Source of the DNA: Candidatus Methylomirabilota bacterium
Lineage (GTDB): Bacteria > Methylomirabilota > Methylomirabilia > Rokubacteriales > CSP1-6
Assembly (NCBI GenBank): GCA_046726415.1
Contig: JBKPAK010000008.1
Location: 1 to 64,000 of the forward strand
Length of the DNA: 64,000 nucleotides
Direction of reading: 5' to 3'
Part shown: one piece after another, positions 50,001 to 57,705 of the stretch
How positions within the stretch are numbered: the stretch's first letter is position 1
Layout of the letters: each line of letters starts with the position of its first letter
Position numbers and translations under genes: made by a program
Notes under the pieces: model-generated
The model's input: only the letters and a program-made list of their open reading frames with translations
Databases searched by the model: none
What the model was told of the DNA's origin: nothing

Positions 50001-50367
50001 GGTCGGCCGTCATCCCATGGCCTTCAGGCGTGCGGATCTCGCTGCCCGTGGAGTGAGGCGTGCGTGCGATCTGGCTCGTGCATCCCCCGGCCAGCGCATC
50101 CGCGTGGCCGGCAGCGTCATCGTGCGCCAGCGGCCGGGGACCGCCAAGGGCTTCGTGTTCCTCAGCCTGGAGGACGAAACGGGCATCGCCAATGTGATCG
50201 TGACCCCTCAGTTGTTCGAGCGCCACCGCCTGGTGCTGGTCACCGAGCCCATCCTCATGGTGGAGGGTGTGCTCCAGAAGCAGGACGGCGTAGTATCGAT
50301 CAAGGCCGGCCGCGTGCAGGAGCTGCCGCGCCTGGCCCACAATGTCCCCTCCCACGACTTCGGATAA
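47071..50367 (+). CDS. dnaE2: Error-prone DNA polymerase DnaE2 (ImuC)
   Basis: ELHAQSAFSFLEGA PHP, GRGSAANS, PDIDLD, RQRPGTAKG, C-terminal SHDF. Confidence 0.96.
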   Translation: MFGELHAQSAFSFLEGAEQPEALVAEAARLDMGVLALVDRDSLAGAPRFYQAALRAGIRPLIGSELTLRDGTRLPLLVEDREGYQNLSRLITLMKLRAPKGEGALDLDEIAPYSTGLVCLTGGTHGPLARLVAAGDARAARAALDRLVGIFGADNCWVEVQRHLDRGQERVLQRLVRLARDARLSFVGTNQPLYCGERGAIVDDGAPWSSGRALADVLTCIREKTTLDAAGHLLAVNDERRLKPGVEMARLFADLPEVVTNTGELALRLAFTLKDVGYRFPDFPLPPGQTPHEYLRALAERGARQRYGQGSLAGKARRQIAHELEIIGRLDLAGYFLIVWDIVEYCHRQNILVQGRGSAANSAVCYALGITAVDPVKMELLFERFLSEARGEWPDIDLDLPSGDRREEVIQHVYRQYGRLGAAMTANVITYRGRSAAREVGKALGLPEDLRERLSKLVPNWGYRDPADVLTRHLAAAGCDPAHPRIRAFAALWTRIQDLPRHLGQHSGGMVIAAGRLDDIVPLEPATMPGRVVIQWDKEDCAALGIIKVDLLGLRMMSVIQEAIQIVGETGGEIDLAHLPADDETVYGMLREADTIGVFQVESRAQMATLPRIQPERFYDLVVQVAIIRPGPIVGDMVHPYINRRRGREPITYPHPSLKPILERTLGVPLFQEQLLRMAMATAGFTGTQAEELRRAFGFKRSEARMKEVEAKLRTGMARQGIEGDAAEQIVHAITAFALYGFPESHASSFALLAYASAYLKAHHPAAFYAALLNNQPMGFYHPATIVKDAQRHGQRILPVDVRQSEWLCTVEPWSRDAATRGEGERPLRQRDLDQRGVPPTGTFAVRLGLRYVKGLRESAAKALVAARAERPFASPIDVAHRVPLDRAERETLASIGAFASLGGTRRQNMWAMARLPGGPLFATVETREGMSCRGDDEAGQERRSRSPAGSADERSPLREMTQIERLEADYGGTSVTVGRHPMAFRRADLAARGVRRACDLARASPGQRIRVAGSVIVRQRPGTAKGFVFLSLEDETGIANVIVTPQLFERHRLVLVTEPILMVEGVLQKQDGVVSIKAGRVQELPRLAHNVPSHDFG

Positions 50368-50549
50368 CGATGCGGGGCGGATGGCGCGCTCTCGCGTGCC
50401 GCGCCTCCCCGGGATGCGGGGCGCTGCCGGCGCGCCTGGCCGAGGTCTCGTCACGAGCCCGGTGTCCGGCACGTCCAGCTCCACGCGTGGGCCGTGTTGG
50501 GTGGCCGCCTGCCGGCGCAGCGGCCGGACCCCTTCGCGAGGGGGCGACC

Positions 50550-50990
50550 ATGAGTATCGAAGATAGGCTGGCCATCCAGGAGATCATCGCTCAGTACTCG
50601 TATGCATACGACGGCAAGGACGTCGAAGGCTTTGCCCGGCTGTTCGTGGAGGACGGCGTGTTCGAGGTCTTCGTCCCGGGCAAGACCATCGCCTCGGTCC
50701 GACTCCAGTCGAGAACGGAGATTCGCCAGTGGGCCGCCCAACGACTGCAAGAACGTCACGGGCGATTCACCAGCCGTCACTACCAATCCGGTATTCTGTT
50801 TGAGAAGCTGACATCGGATTCGGCCGTCACGCGAACCATGGTGCTGGTAACCCACCAGGAGGTGGCTGAGGCTGCGCCGCGTCCGACCGTCTCGGGGGTC
50901 TATCACGATCACTGGCGCAAGACACGCGCAGGATGGCGGCTCGCGCGCCGGGCCGCCCATGTTGACCGAGATCCCGGCTTTTCGACGTAG
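50550..50990 (+). CDS. SnoaL/NTF2-like protein
   Basis: EDRLAIQEIIAQY..D..FVEDG..GVYHD..GWR. Confidence 0.85.
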   Translation: MSIEDRLAIQEIIAQYSYAYDGKDVEGFARLFVEDGVFEVFVPGKTIASVRLQSRTEIRQWAAQRLQERHGRFTSRHYQSGILFEKLTSDSAVTRTMVLVTHQEVAEAAPRPTVSGVYHDHWRKTRAGWRLARRAAHVDRDPGFST

Positions 50991-51072
50991 CGGCAGAGGA
51001 CGCCAACTGCCCTGCCGGACGTGGCGTCCCGCCGCGGACGACCCCGAGATGAGACCGAGTGGAGGATCGCTC

Positions 51073-51474
51073 ATGTGTCGAAGCATCAAGACGCTCTACA
51101 ACTTCACACCGCCGGCCACGGATGAGGAAATCCGGGCATCGTCCCTGCAGTTCGTCCGCAAACTGAGTGGCTTCACCAGGCCTTCCAAAGCCAACGAAGT
51201 CGCTTTCACTCGGGCCGTGGACCAGGTAGAGCAGGCCGGGCGGGAGCTATTGGCTTCGCTCGTCACGAGCGCCCCGCCTCGCGATCGCGCGGTCGAAGCT
51301 TCGAAAGCTCGCGCCAAGGCGGCCGGGCGTGTTCACGCCTCCGATGCGAGGCTCGCTACCCACCCCGGGATGAGCGCGGACGGGGACTCACCCGACTCGT
51401 CACGGCAGGGTGGCCGTGGCGCCGGCCGCTCAACGGCAGGTGGCGCGCGGCCCGAAGAAAGGAGGACTCCATGA
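51073..51474 (+). CDS. DUF2277 family protein
   Basis: MCRSIKTLYNFTPPATDEEIRASSLQFVRKLSG; low-complexity C-terminal extension. Confidence 0.85.
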   Translation: MCRSIKTLYNFTPPATDEEIRASSLQFVRKLSGFTRPSKANEVAFTRAVDQVEQAGRELLASLVTSAPPRDRAVEASKARAKAAGRVHASDARLATHPGMSADGDSPDSSRQGGRGAGRSTAGGARPEERRTP

Positions 51475-51644
51475 CGCTTCCATCGGCGGTCTTACTCCGC
51501 GGCGGGCTCGGCTTGCGCATCGAGTTCATCGATGGCCAGGCGACGTTCTACGCCGGGGGTGGGCGAGACGGCGTGATCAATGACCTTGGCGGCAACGACC
51601 TGTGCTTCGGGATGGAGTCGAAGCAGCCGCTCGCCACGCCGTGA
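51471..51644 (+). pseudogene. Internally deleted VOC/glyoxalase-like ORF (57 aa)
   Basis: AAGGAGG RBS; LGLRIEF..FYAG..RDGV joined directly to DLGGNDLCFG; coupled by ATGA and GTGA overlaps. Confidence 0.5.
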
Positions 51645-54043
51645 CGCGAACGGTGCAACCGGTGCGCGAGCGGATTCCGGGTTACTGCGCCCTATGTGTC
51701 TCGCGGTGCGGCTCGATCGCCGTCGTCGAGAACGGTCGCTTTGTCGCCCTGGAGCCGGATCCCTCCCACCCCACCGGCCAGGCGCTCTGCGCCAAAGGAC
51801 GGGCGGCCCCGGAGCTCGTCTACCACCCGGATCGACTGCTCCATCCGCTGAAGCGAACGCGGCCCAAGGGCGATCCGGACCCGGGCTGGCAGCGGATCAG
51901 CTGGGACGAGGCTCTCGATCTGACGGCCAGCAGGCTGCGACAGCTCGCCGCGCAGCACGGGCCGGAGAGCATCGTGTTCAGCATGGTCTCCGCGTCCACG
52001 TCGGCGATAGGGGATTCGGCGGTCTGGATCCAGCGCTTGATGCGAGCGTTCGGCAGCCCGAACTTCTGCGGGTCGATGGAGCTGTGCGGCTGGGGTCGAA
52101 TCTATGCCACCCGCTACACCTACGGCATTGGTATGGGGTTCGCGGGGACCCCCATGCCGGATCTCGAGAACGCTGGGTGCATCCTGTTCTGGGGCTATAA
52201 CCCGAGCCTGGCCCGGCTTGCCCACGCGACCGCGGCCGTGGCGGCACTCCGACGTGGTGCTCGCCTCATCGTGGTCGATCCGCGCCGCGTCGGGCTCGCC
52301 AGCAAGGCCCACCTCTGGCTGCGGGTGCGACCCGGCAGCGACGGCGCGCTGGCCCTGGGGATCGCGAACATCATGATCGAGCGTGGCTGGTACGATCGCG
52401 CCTTCGTGCGGGACTGGACGAACGCCCCGCTGCTGGTCCGCTCGGACAACGGGCGATTGCTGACCGAGGGCGACGTTTTCCCTGAGGGGAGCCCACGGAA
52501 GTATGTCGCCTGGGACGCGGCGGCGGGGCGACCGCTCGTCTATGACCCGGCCCTCGGGCGCTACGCAGAGGGCGCCGAGCCGGCTCTCGTGGGCGAGTAC
52601 GCGATCGGCTCGCCGCGAGGCGAGATCGCCTGTCGGCCCGTCTTCGAACTCTGCGCCGAGGTCTGTCGGCGCTACTCTCCCGAGGCCGTCGAGGCGACCT
52701 GTGGCGTCGGGCGCGACCAGATCGAGAGCGCCGCCCGTTTGCTCTGGGAAGCGCGGCCCGTTGCCTACTACGCATGGAGCGGCCTCGAACAGCAGAGCAA
52801 CGCCACCCAGATCTTTCGGGCTATCTCGCTGCTCTACGCCGTGACCGGCAGCTTCGATGCCCCGGGCGGCAACGTGCTCTTCCCGGCGGTGCCGGCCGGG
52901 GACGTCGCTGGCGAGGAATTGTTGTCGGCGGAGCAGCTCGGCCACGCACTCGGTCTCCCAGAGCGGCCCCTGGGTCCGTCCCGCTGGGGTTGGGTCACCA
53001 CGGACGAGGTGTACCGCGCCATCCTGGAACAGCGACCCTACGCAGTGCGGGGATTGGTCGGGTTCGGAGCGAACTTGCTCCTCGCGCATGCCGATGTCCG
53101 GCGAGGGCGCCACGCGCTGGCCGCGCTCGAGTTTTACGTCCACGCCGACCTCTTCATGAATCCGACTGCCGAGCTGGCCGACGTCGTGCTGCCGGTCGCG
53201 ACCCCTTTCGAGAGGGAGGGCCTCAAGATCGGCTTCGACGTGAGCCCGGTGGCGCAGTCGCTGGTGCAACTGCGACGGCGCGTGGTGGAGTCTCGCGGCG
53301 AGGCCCGCTCGGATACCGACATCGTGTTCGACTTGGCGTGCCGTCTCGGTCTCGGCGCCCACTTCTGGGACGGTGATGGGGAGGCGGCGAACCGCTACCA
53401 ACTCAGCTCATCGGGCGTGTCGCTCGAAGCGCTCCGCGACAATCCAGGTGGGGTGCGGGTTCCCCTCCAGACGCGCTACCGCAAGTACGCCGAGAAGACG
53501 GATGGCGTACCGGCCGGGTTCGCCACTCCAACACGCAAGATTGAGCTCTACTGCGAGACGTTCCTGGAGCACGGCTACCCGCCGCTGCCAGAGCACGAGG
53601 AGCCGCTCATCAGCCCGCTCTCCCGACCGGACCTCGCCCAGCGCTACCCGCTGATCCTGACCTGCGCCAAGCACACGCAGTTTTGCGAGAGCCAACACCG
53701 CGGGCTTCCGAGCCTGCGCCGGCGAGCTCCGGATCCCGAGGTGGAGCTGCACCCCGCCGCCGCCGCTGCACGCGGCATCCGCGCCGGCCAGTGGGTGATC
53801 GTCGAGACTCCGGAGGGGTGCATCCGAGCCCGGGCCCGGCTGAACGAGAGTTTGGAGCCGAGTGTCGTCTGTGGTCAGCATGGTTGGTGGCAGGCCTGCC
53901 CGGAGATCGGCGCGCCTGGCTACGATCCCTTTGGCCCGGGCGGCGCCAACCTCAACCTCATCATCGGCAACGCGGCGATCGACCCGATCAGTGGTTCTGT
54001 CCCCCACCGCGCCTACCTGTGCCAAATCCGGCCGACTGAGTGA
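51641..54043 (+). CDS. Mo/W-bis-PGD oxidoreductase, acetylene-hydratase-like clade, substrate unknown
   Basis: CALCVSRC..LCAKG [4Fe-4S], MELCGW, VVDPRR, RPGSDGALALG, ADVVLP, HGWW; no signal peptide. Confidence 0.85.
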   Translation: MTRTVQPVRERIPGYCALCVSRCGSIAVVENGRFVALEPDPSHPTGQALCAKGRAAPELVYHPDRLLHPLKRTRPKGDPDPGWQRISWDEALDLTASRLRQLAAQHGPESIVFSMVSASTSAIGDSAVWIQRLMRAFGSPNFCGSMELCGWGRIYATRYTYGIGMGFAGTPMPDLENAGCILFWGYNPSLARLAHATAAVAALRRGARLIVVDPRRVGLASKAHLWLRVRPGSDGALALGIANIMIERGWYDRAFVRDWTNAPLLVRSDNGRLLTEGDVFPEGSPRKYVAWDAAAGRPLVYDPALGRYAEGAEPALVGEYAIGSPRGEIACRPVFELCAEVCRRYSPEAVEATCGVGRDQIESAARLLWEARPVAYYAWSGLEQQSNATQIFRAISLLYAVTGSFDAPGGNVLFPAVPAGDVAGEELLSAEQLGHALGLPERPLGPSRWGWVTTDEVYRAILEQRPYAVRGLVGFGANLLLAHADVRRGRHALAALEFYVHADLFMNPTAELADVVLPVATPFEREGLKIGFDVSPVAQSLVQLRRRVVESRGEARSDTDIVFDLACRLGLGAHFWDGDGEAANRYQLSSSGVSLEALRDNPGGVRVPLQTRYRKYAEKTDGVPAGFATPTRKIELYCETFLEHGYPPLPEHEEPLISPLSRPDLAQRYPLILTCAKHTQFCESQHRGLPSLRRRAPDPEVELHPAAAAARGIRAGQWVIVETPEGCIRARARLNESLEPSVVCGQHGWWQACPEIGAPGYDPFGPGGANLNLIIGNAAIDPISGSVPHRAYLCQIRPTE

Positions 54044-54169
54044 GTGTACTCGCGGCGAGCGATGGGCGGCGCCAGCGGACTTGAATGAGGTGGACTTGGG
54101 CATCCGGCCGCTTCGCCCCGAGGACGCGGCCTTCCTGATCTCGCGTCGTCGAGCAGCTTGGAGGGGAGC

Positions 54170-54532
54170 ATGAGCAGGGTATTAGTAAAGAGTGCGTGGG
54201 GTTCCGACGACCCCACCAAGGCAGCGTTCCCGTTTCTGCATGCGAACGCACTGGCGGAGGCCGGTCACGAGGTCCAGATCTTCCTGCTCGGGGAGGGCGT
54301 GTCGTTGATGCGCGATCCGGTGGCGACCGCCGTCGTGCCCGTCGGTTGGCCGCCGTTGGCGGAGACGCTGCGAGCGACGGTGGCTCTTGGCGTACCGATT
54401 CACGTATGAGGCGCATGCTCGAGGGCTCGTGGAGTCCTCGATGCAGACCTGGTGGGCAAGAAGGCTTCCTTCGCGAACCCGGCTATCCTCGTGCAGCTCA
54501 TTGAATGGGCGGACAAGCTCCTCACTGAGTGA
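54170..54532 (+). CDS. DsrE family protein, probable selenoprotein with UxxC
   Basis: GSDDPTKA..EVQIFLLGEGV..PIHV-TGA(54407)-GACSRARGV..LVQLIEWADKLLTE; 120 aa on read-through. Confidence 0.85.
54413..54444 (+). other. Candidate bacterial SECIS hairpin
   Basis: TCGAGGGCTC-GTG-GAGTCCTCGA, a 10-bp stem (one G-U) whose loop starts with G, 20 nt after the UGA. Confidence 0.7.
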
Positions 54533-54709
54533 CGGCGCCGGCGAGGACGGCGGCGGGTGGACCAGCGCTTGGCGGTCGGGGTGTTCGGCCGAATCCGCGT
54601 CAGTGAGGATCAGGGGCGGGAAGAGGGCGTTCTTCGAGGCCCCGGCGGTCGAACGGATGACCGGTAAGGCCACGTTGCTGCCGGCCATCCAGAAAGAGAG
54701 TGCACGTCG

Positions 54710-55249
54710 ATGAGCGTGGTGACGGCGGTGAGCCGCAGCGCGAGGCACTCACTGACCAAGCCCAATCAGGACAGCATCCGGCTTCTGGCCGGGCTGGGCG
54801 TCGAGGGCGACGCGCATCTAGGTGAGACGGTCAAGCATCGCTCGCGGGTTGCCCGCAACCCGAGCCAGCCCAACCTGCGGCAGGTGCACCTGATCCACGC
54901 CGAGCTGCATGACGAGCTGGGGGCCGGCGGCTTCGCCGTCTCGGCGGGACAGATGGGCGAAAACATCACCACGCGCGGCGTCGATCTGCTCGGGCTGCCC
55001 GCCGGCACGCGGCTGCACCTTGGCGACACGGCGGTGGTGGTGGTGACCGGCTTGCGCAATCCCTGCGCCCAGCTCGACCGGATCCAGCCGGGCCTGATGG
55101 CGGCAACCTTGGGGCGCGACGAGCGCGGCAATCTCATCCGCAAGGCCGGCGTCATGGGAATGGTTCTGACCGGCGGCGAGGTACGGCCCGGGGACGCGAT
55201 CCGGGTCGAGCTGCCGGCCGAGCCGCACCGATCGCTCGAGCCGGTCTGA
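54710..55249 (+). CDS. MOSC domain protein (YiiM-like)
   Basis: GLGVEGDAH, RQVHLI, GENITT, RNPCAQL, GEVRPGD. Confidence 0.92.
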   Translation: MSVVTAVSRSARHSLTKPNQDSIRLLAGLGVEGDAHLGETVKHRSRVARNPSQPNLRQVHLIHAELHDELGAGGFAVSAGQMGENITTRGVDLLGLPAGTRLHLGDTAVVVVTGLRNPCAQLDRIQPGLMAATLGRDERGNLIRKAGVMGMVLTGGEVRPGDAIRVELPAEPHRSLEPV

Positions 55250-55473
55250 GTACGCTGCTCCCGGTTTCTGTCCTCGGGCTCGGTGAAAAAGACGATCCAG
55301 GACTATCTGACAGGGCGCTGGAGTGGGCGTGGAGCAGCCGAGGAAGGCGCCGGTGGAGAACCTCACCATCCGAGCGGCGCAAGAGTGCGACCTTCAGAGA
55401 AATTTTCTGAGGACCGAGGGGCGCCGGCCGCTCGACGGCGGCCAGACCGCTCGCTGAGGTCGACGAGACTCGA

Positions 55474-56481
55474 ATGCTTCACATCACGAACGGGGACAGC
55501 GCGGCCGAGGTGATCCGACGTGCCGGCGTTCAGGGCGACGTTCTTCCCTGGCGCGATGTGCTCCATGAGGGCCCGGTGCCCCAGGGACTGTCACTTGAGG
55601 AGCTGCGCGGTGTGCGCGCCCGCTTCATCGCCGCGGCGGGCTGGGCGTCGTTCGATGACGCGCTGGCCGATTTCGGCGAGCGCGACCGCGTTCTCAGGGA
55701 GTCGCTGGCCCAGGACGAAGTCGTGCTCTGGTTCGAGCACGACTTATACGACCAGCTCCAGTTATTTCAGGTGCTGGACTGGTTTGCCGCGCAGGACGGC
55801 CGCGCATCGCGACTGAGCCTGATCTGCAACGCCGAGTACCTGGGTTCGTCGACGTCCGAGCAGCTTCGCCACCGTTTCCCGGACCGTCAAGCGGTCTCCG
55901 CGTCGCACTTGAATCTCGGCCGGCAGGCGTGGGCGGCCTTCCGGTCGCCGGACCCGACTGCGCTGATCGAGCTTCTCCATCAGGACACCTCGGCCCTGCC
56001 ATTCCTGGGCCCGGCGCTCCGCCGCCACCTCCAGCAATTTCCCTCGGTCACCAACGGGCTGTCGCGCTCCGAAGTTCAGGCGCTTGAGGTGATCGCCGGC
56101 GGGGTCACCCGGCTCCGAGATGTCTACCGCGCCTCCCATCACGAGCGGGAGGAAGCGATCTTTCTGGGAGACAGCATCTTCGGCCTCTACATGGAAGCGC
56201 TGAGCCGGGAACGGACGCCGCTCGTCGTCGGGCGCGACGATCGAGTTCTGGCGCTGCCCCGTGGCGCGGTGGATGCGGGGAGCTTCTGGAACAGTCATGC
56301 CAGGCTCACCGAGATGGGACGGGCGGTGGTGGAAGGCCGGGCAGACCGGGTGAACGTCAACGGGATCGACCGCTGGCTCGGCGGGGTGCATCTGCACGGG
56401 CCGGATGCGCGATGGCGCTGGAACGACGCCGCTCAGCGCCTGGAGGAGGGCCGCGTGGACTCGCGCAGCCTGGAGAGGTGA
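55474..56481 (+). CDS. DUF1835-like hypothetical protein
   Basis: LHITNGDSA, WRDVLHEGP, LWFEHDLYDQLQL, GIDRWLGGV. Confidence 0.8.
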   Translation: MLHITNGDSAAEVIRRAGVQGDVLPWRDVLHEGPVPQGLSLEELRGVRARFIAAAGWASFDDALADFGERDRVLRESLAQDEVVLWFEHDLYDQLQLFQVLDWFAAQDGRASRLSLICNAEYLGSSTSEQLRHRFPDRQAVSASHLNLGRQAWAAFRSPDPTALIELLHQDTSALPFLGPALRRHLQQFPSVTNGLSRSEVQALEVIAGGVTRLRDVYRASHHEREEAIFLGDSIFGLYMEALSRERTPLVVGRDDRVLALPRGAVDAGSFWNSHARLTEMGRAVVEGRADRVNVNGIDRWLGGVHLHGPDARWRWNDAAQRLEEGRVDSRSLER

Positions 56482-57491
56482 GCGAGATGGGACGGCGCGA
56501 GCGCATCAGGGTGGCCGCCATCGGCGTCAGTCACTGGCACTCGCTCTACGACTCCGCATATCTGCGCCACCTCGCCGACATGCCTGACATGGCGCTGGTC
56601 GGGGTGCACGATACGAGCGCCGACGTCGCCGCCACCCGGGCGGCGGCGCTTGGCGAGCCGCCCGTCTTCACCGACTACCGCGAGATGCTGGTGCGAACCA
56701 GGCCGGACTTCGTCATCGCGCTGGGCCGGCACCGCAGCATGGCCGAGATCGCCCACTATCTGCTCGACCATCGCCATCCGTTTTTGATGGAGAAGCCGAT
56801 GGGCGTCAACGCGGCCGAAGTGCGCGGGATCGCCGAGAAGGCGGCGGCAACGAACGGCTTTGTCGCCGTGCCCCTGGGCCAGCGCTACCAGCCGTTCGTC
56901 ACGCCGGCGCGGCGCCTGCTCGCCGAGGGGCGGTTCGGTCCGCTCTCCCACATCTACTTCCGGCTGAACCGCCCCACCTCGGCCCGCTACACCGCCTGGG
57001 ATTCGCCATGGATGCTCGACCCGGTCGAGGCGGGCGGAGGCTGCCTGAGAAACCTCGGGCCGCATGGCCTGGACCTCTTCCTGTTCCTCACCGGCGAGGA
57101 CGCGGAGGTCACCGGGGCGCAGTTGAGCTGGCGCGCCCTGGGTCAACCGGTGGAAGACTATGCGTCGGTGCTGGTGCGCACCTCGACAGGTGTCCTGGGG
57201 ACGATCGAGGTCGGCAACACATTCCCGCGCGATGGCACCGATGGCCAGGTCAAGATCGCGGGTCGCGATGCCATTCTGGTGGCCACCGACGATACGGTGC
57301 GCCTTCAGACCAGGAGCGGTGAGGAAGCCATGCCAGGACGGCCCCCCGAGCCGCTCGCCCAGACCGCGCTTCGCGATGCCCTCGACCACTGGCGGCGCGG
57401 CGCACTCCCTCCGATCAGCGTCCACGACTGCGCCCGCGTCGTGGGCCTCATCGACCGAGCGTACGAGCTGGCTGGCCGCCCGTACGGCTGA
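56478..57491 (+). CDS. Gfo/Idh/MocA family oxidoreductase
   Basis: AAIGVSH, MEKPMG, GGGCLRNLGPHGLD, VEDYA. Confidence 0.9.
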   Translation: MSEMGRRERIRVAAIGVSHWHSLYDSAYLRHLADMPDMALVGVHDTSADVAATRAAALGEPPVFTDYREMLVRTRPDFVIALGRHRSMAEIAHYLLDHRHPFLMEKPMGVNAAEVRGIAEKAAATNGFVAVPLGQRYQPFVTPARRLLAEGRFGPLSHIYFRLNRPTSARYTAWDSPWMLDPVEAGGGCLRNLGPHGLDLFLFLTGEDAEVTGAQLSWRALGQPVEDYASVLVRTSTGVLGTIEVGNTFPRDGTDGQVKIAGRDAILVATDDTVRLQTRSGEEAMPGRPPEPLAQTALRDALDHWRRGALPPISVHDCARVVGLIDRAYELAGRPYG

Positions 57492-57594
57492 GCGAATTCC
57501 CGATCCCCAGGGGCCTGAGGGTCCGCAATCGGTGCGCGCGGCGCGCCCTTGATTCTCCCTCGGCGGCCGGCAACCTGGCAGGCTTCGCAACTTG

Positions 57595-57623
57595 TTGTTG
57601 ACATCAGAAGTCTGCTGTAAAGT
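57595..57623 (+). promoter_or_regulatory. Promoter/operator of the ABC operon
   Basis: TTGTTG-17bp-TAAAGT overlapped by imperfect IR TTGACATCAGA-AG-TCTGCTGTAAA. Confidence 0.45.
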
Positions 57624-57705
57624 ACCCGCCAATCGTCGAAGGCAACGCTCGCCCGCTCCGCCCCGTTCGATCAAGGCTCGATCAGCAACAGGGAGGATAG
57701 ATGCT

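Noticed and set aside
54533-54712. Small gene between the DsrE and MOSC genes
   Set aside because: No convincing start or RBS; only a faint VOC-like stretch
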